Both the position numbers and the translations under genes were made by a program. From assembly GCA_045837725.1 (NCBI GenBank), contig JBEWZL010000260.1:496001-560000 (forward strand): a stretch of 64,000 nucleotides of DNA. Reading direction: 5' to 3'. Of the stretch, positions 61,273 to 64,000 are shown piece by piece. Within the stretch, counting starts at the first letter, position 1, and every line of letters starts with the position of its first letter. This DNA is from Vermamoeba vermiformis (taxonomy: Eukaryota). The notes beneath the pieces were generated by a model. That model was not told the origin of the DNA. It did not search any database and worked only from the letters and a program-made list of their open reading frames with translations.

Positions 61273-64000
61273 CTATAAATATAACTTCTGCACATCATCG
61301 GCACCGAATTGCTTGGCACAGCGCGGACACTTGCGATTGCGCACTTTGACGCGCTCGTTGATGCAGTGCTCGCAGAAGGCGTGAAAGCATGCTGGACGCG
61401 CGATGACCACGCTCTTCTCGCGCTCATTGCAGATCGAGCAGCGCACGAGTCGCTGATAGTAGTCGAAGATCTGGTCCTCGGCGTTGCTCGTCTTGCCACT
61501 CGCATAACGTTCCAAACGTCGTCGCATGCCATCGAGTTCGCGCTGCAGTGTCTCGTTGCGCCGTGATTCGCGCGAGTGTGCTTCACTGTGCACTTTGGCC
61601 TTTTCAGAGGACTCGACCAGGTTGTCTTCCATCTTTTTGAGTCTGTTTTTGAGGTCGTTGCAGCCGAGTGTCAGCTCTGTGGTGGCATTCTTCTGCAGCT
61701 CTAACAACTTCTCCAGCGACCGCGTCTCTTCTTGGTATTTGTTCAGCATTTCATTCAGACTCGCTGTAGACTTGTCGTGCTGTTCGAGCACTTGTTTCGA
61801 TTGCGCAACAAAGTTGTTGTTCTCATTCAACTTGTCTTGCAGCACTTCTTTTTCACGTGTCAGAGCCATAATTTGCTGCGTGAATTTGATGCGGTCGTGC
61901 AAGAGCTGCAAATTGGTGTCTTCTTTCTCCGCCAGCAGCGTGGAGAGTGCTTTGTTGGACTGCTCGACGTCTTCAAAGGTCTTGGCTATCGCTTCAATTT
62001 CACCGATCAGTGTTGCTGATTCCTAACGGTACGAATGCAAAGATTAATACCCACTAGACTGTATATATTTGCAGATCATACATCTTTGAGACCACCCAAT
62101 CGCTTGCTTAGCTCTTCTTTGCTCTTCTCTGCTTTACTAAGTTTGATTTGAAGATCACTCTTCTCAGTCTTCAGCTGATTGATCTCTGAGCTGACGTTGC
62201 GGGCCTGATCTCGCGCATTAATTTGTTCGTCGATGCGTTGCAAGAACATATGTCGCTCTTCAGGGCTTGCAAGCTTGGCTGACAGTGAGTCCTTCAGGGT
62301 CAATTCGCGCTCTTGATATTTTCTGCACCAACGCGTCAGTATATAGTGTGGATGTTATTTAATACTACGTACTTTTCTCTGCGCTCGTGCTCAAAGATAG
62401 TGTGTTGCAATTTCTTGACAAGATTGGTCAGATCTTTGCAGCCCGGACAGTTCTTCTCGGGGTCAGCGCGGTACCGTTCCATTTCACCGTTCACATTGTC
62501 CAGATCTGACTTGAGTTGTTGATTTTCAATGCGCAGAGCACTCAACGTCGTCATCAAATCAGAGATCTTCAGATTGGTGATGATTTCCTTAATAGTCTTC
62601 AGTGTCGTCGGGATGTGTTGTTCAAAGAGCTCGCCAAAACTTCCTTTTTTAGCCAATATGCCATCAATAACCTCAGCATCGATCACATTGCCGCGGTGCA
62701 GTTCTAGAGCCATGGCAGCGAGCTTTGTCTTGAGCTGATTGCGCTCTTGCACGAGCTGTTTGAACTCAGTGAGCTGTCCGAGCACGAACTGATTGAGCTT
62801 GTCCTCCATCTTCTTGTCGCGCTGACTCAACTGCACGTCACGCAGCTGCTTCAACTGCTCGCTGTTCGCTAGCTGCTCTTGTTTCAAGCTCTCAATGGTG
62901 TGCGCGTGGTTGGCAATGGTCTGTTCGCACGACTGCACTTGTTGGCGCAGAGACAAGTAATACGCAGTCTTTTGGAACAGGTCGTCAGTCGGATTCGTGA
63001 CTTGCATTAGCAGCTCTTGGTTGGTGTTGCGCAACTGTTGATTCTCTTCTTCGAGCTTCTGAATCATGGCGTCTTTGTCTCGGTTCAACGCCTTGACAGT
63101 GTTGAGCTCCAACTCAATGTCCTGCAGTTGTCCTTGCTCGCCTGTCGCAGGTGTGCCATTGACATGTGTCACAGGCTCGCTGTTCGTCGGACCATTGCTG
63201 TTCTCATTCACCACTGCAGAGCTGGCACCCGACGGCTTCAGTCCATTCAGACGATCGATTTCCAACTCCAATTTAGCCTGAATATTGTTAGCACGCTGCA
63301 GTCTCTTGAGCACGAGGTCATGCTCATCGCGCAGCTGTTGCATCTCAGTGCGCAGGTGTGCCAGATCGCTCTCTTGCGCCGAGTGTGTGCTGCGCTGGGC
63401 CAGGTACTCGCTGCTCGGTGAAGTGCCGCGGCTCTGATACACGTGCACCACTGCGTCTTTCATGCGCTTCAGTTGTGCTTGCAATACTTGGCGCGTGGCT
63501 TGATAGTCGTCGATATTAATGCGCGCGTCGTTGTTGTTGTTGACGTCGCCGTTCTCAGACAGATCATCGTCTAGGTTAGCAAACGAGGGGAAGGCAGCAA
63601 TGTTCGTTTGATCTTTCAGAATAGCCTCCAAAAAATCGTTTGAAGGGCCATTTGAGGCATTTTGCTCTCCTGCCACTGCTGCGATGTCGTCTAGCGTCTA
63701 CAAAAATAATTATTAAAATTTTACTTTTCTTCTATTTTATTCTGGTAATCACACAATTACTCTAAAAATAATTACTCTTATATGTGTGTCATTTGAAAAT
63801 TATTATAAACAATTTTTCCTACCTGCTGCAATAGATGTGCCACGAAATTTAATTGGTCAAAGAAGAATAAGCCCGTTGTTTCTTTTGCTTTGACTAAATT
63901 TCGTAATCTTATTATTTCTTTTTTATTTTCTTGGAATTTAGCAAACAGCTCTCGGTTTTGGGCTTTGAGCAGATTCAGATCGAAGTTCTCTGTCTATTTA
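61273..64000 (-). CDS. BRE1: H2B ubiquitin ligase BRE1 (RNF20/40); 5' end outside window
   Basis: Long coiled coil, EIEAIAKTFEDVEQSN, terminal RING CSIC..CFHAFCEHC..RNRKCPRCAKQFG. Confidence 0.9.

Noticed and set aside
1-64000. Alternative genetic code or pseudogenes suggested by fragmented ORFs
   Set aside because: The in-frame stops I examined fall in introns and splicing restores conserved proteins (except the ATPase frame switch).

Overview
Gene-dense eukaryotic nuclear DNA, most likely a non-fungal, non-animal protist (amoebozoan-like; the taxon is an inference). It uses the standard genetic code and has many short (about 45-60 nt) GT-AG introns, so the ORF track fragments most genes. 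I hand-spliced 27 protein-coding genes, two of them cut by the window edges. They include COPB2, CXXC1/Spp1, LSM3, AUH, malic enzyme, a PCA1-type Cys-rich P1B ATPase, a Zn(II)2Cys6 factor missed by the ORF track, an Fpk1/Nrc-2-like kinase, a KOBITO1-like glycosyltransferase, API5, CCT8, Elongin A, Abraxas, CWC22, C2CD5, oligopeptidase B, coilin, CACUL1, HisRS, SZT2 and BRE1. I recognised no rRNA, tRNA, CRISPR or transposase. Signals the gene list does not explain: (1) at least 10 copies of the palindrome TGACA-NN-TGTCA in introns and exons, plus dense TGACA half-sites; (2) an identical inverted 136-bp segment shared by a malic-enzyme intron and the upstream region of the Zn-cluster gene; (3) an intron bounded by an 11-bp direct repeat; (4) a frame switch splitting the ATPase's metallothionein-like N-terminus, with an ATG right at the switch; (5) TGTAHATA just after many stop codons; (6) an 8.3-kb intronless, compositionally shifted SZT2 exon. 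All homology calls come from motif recognition, not database searches.
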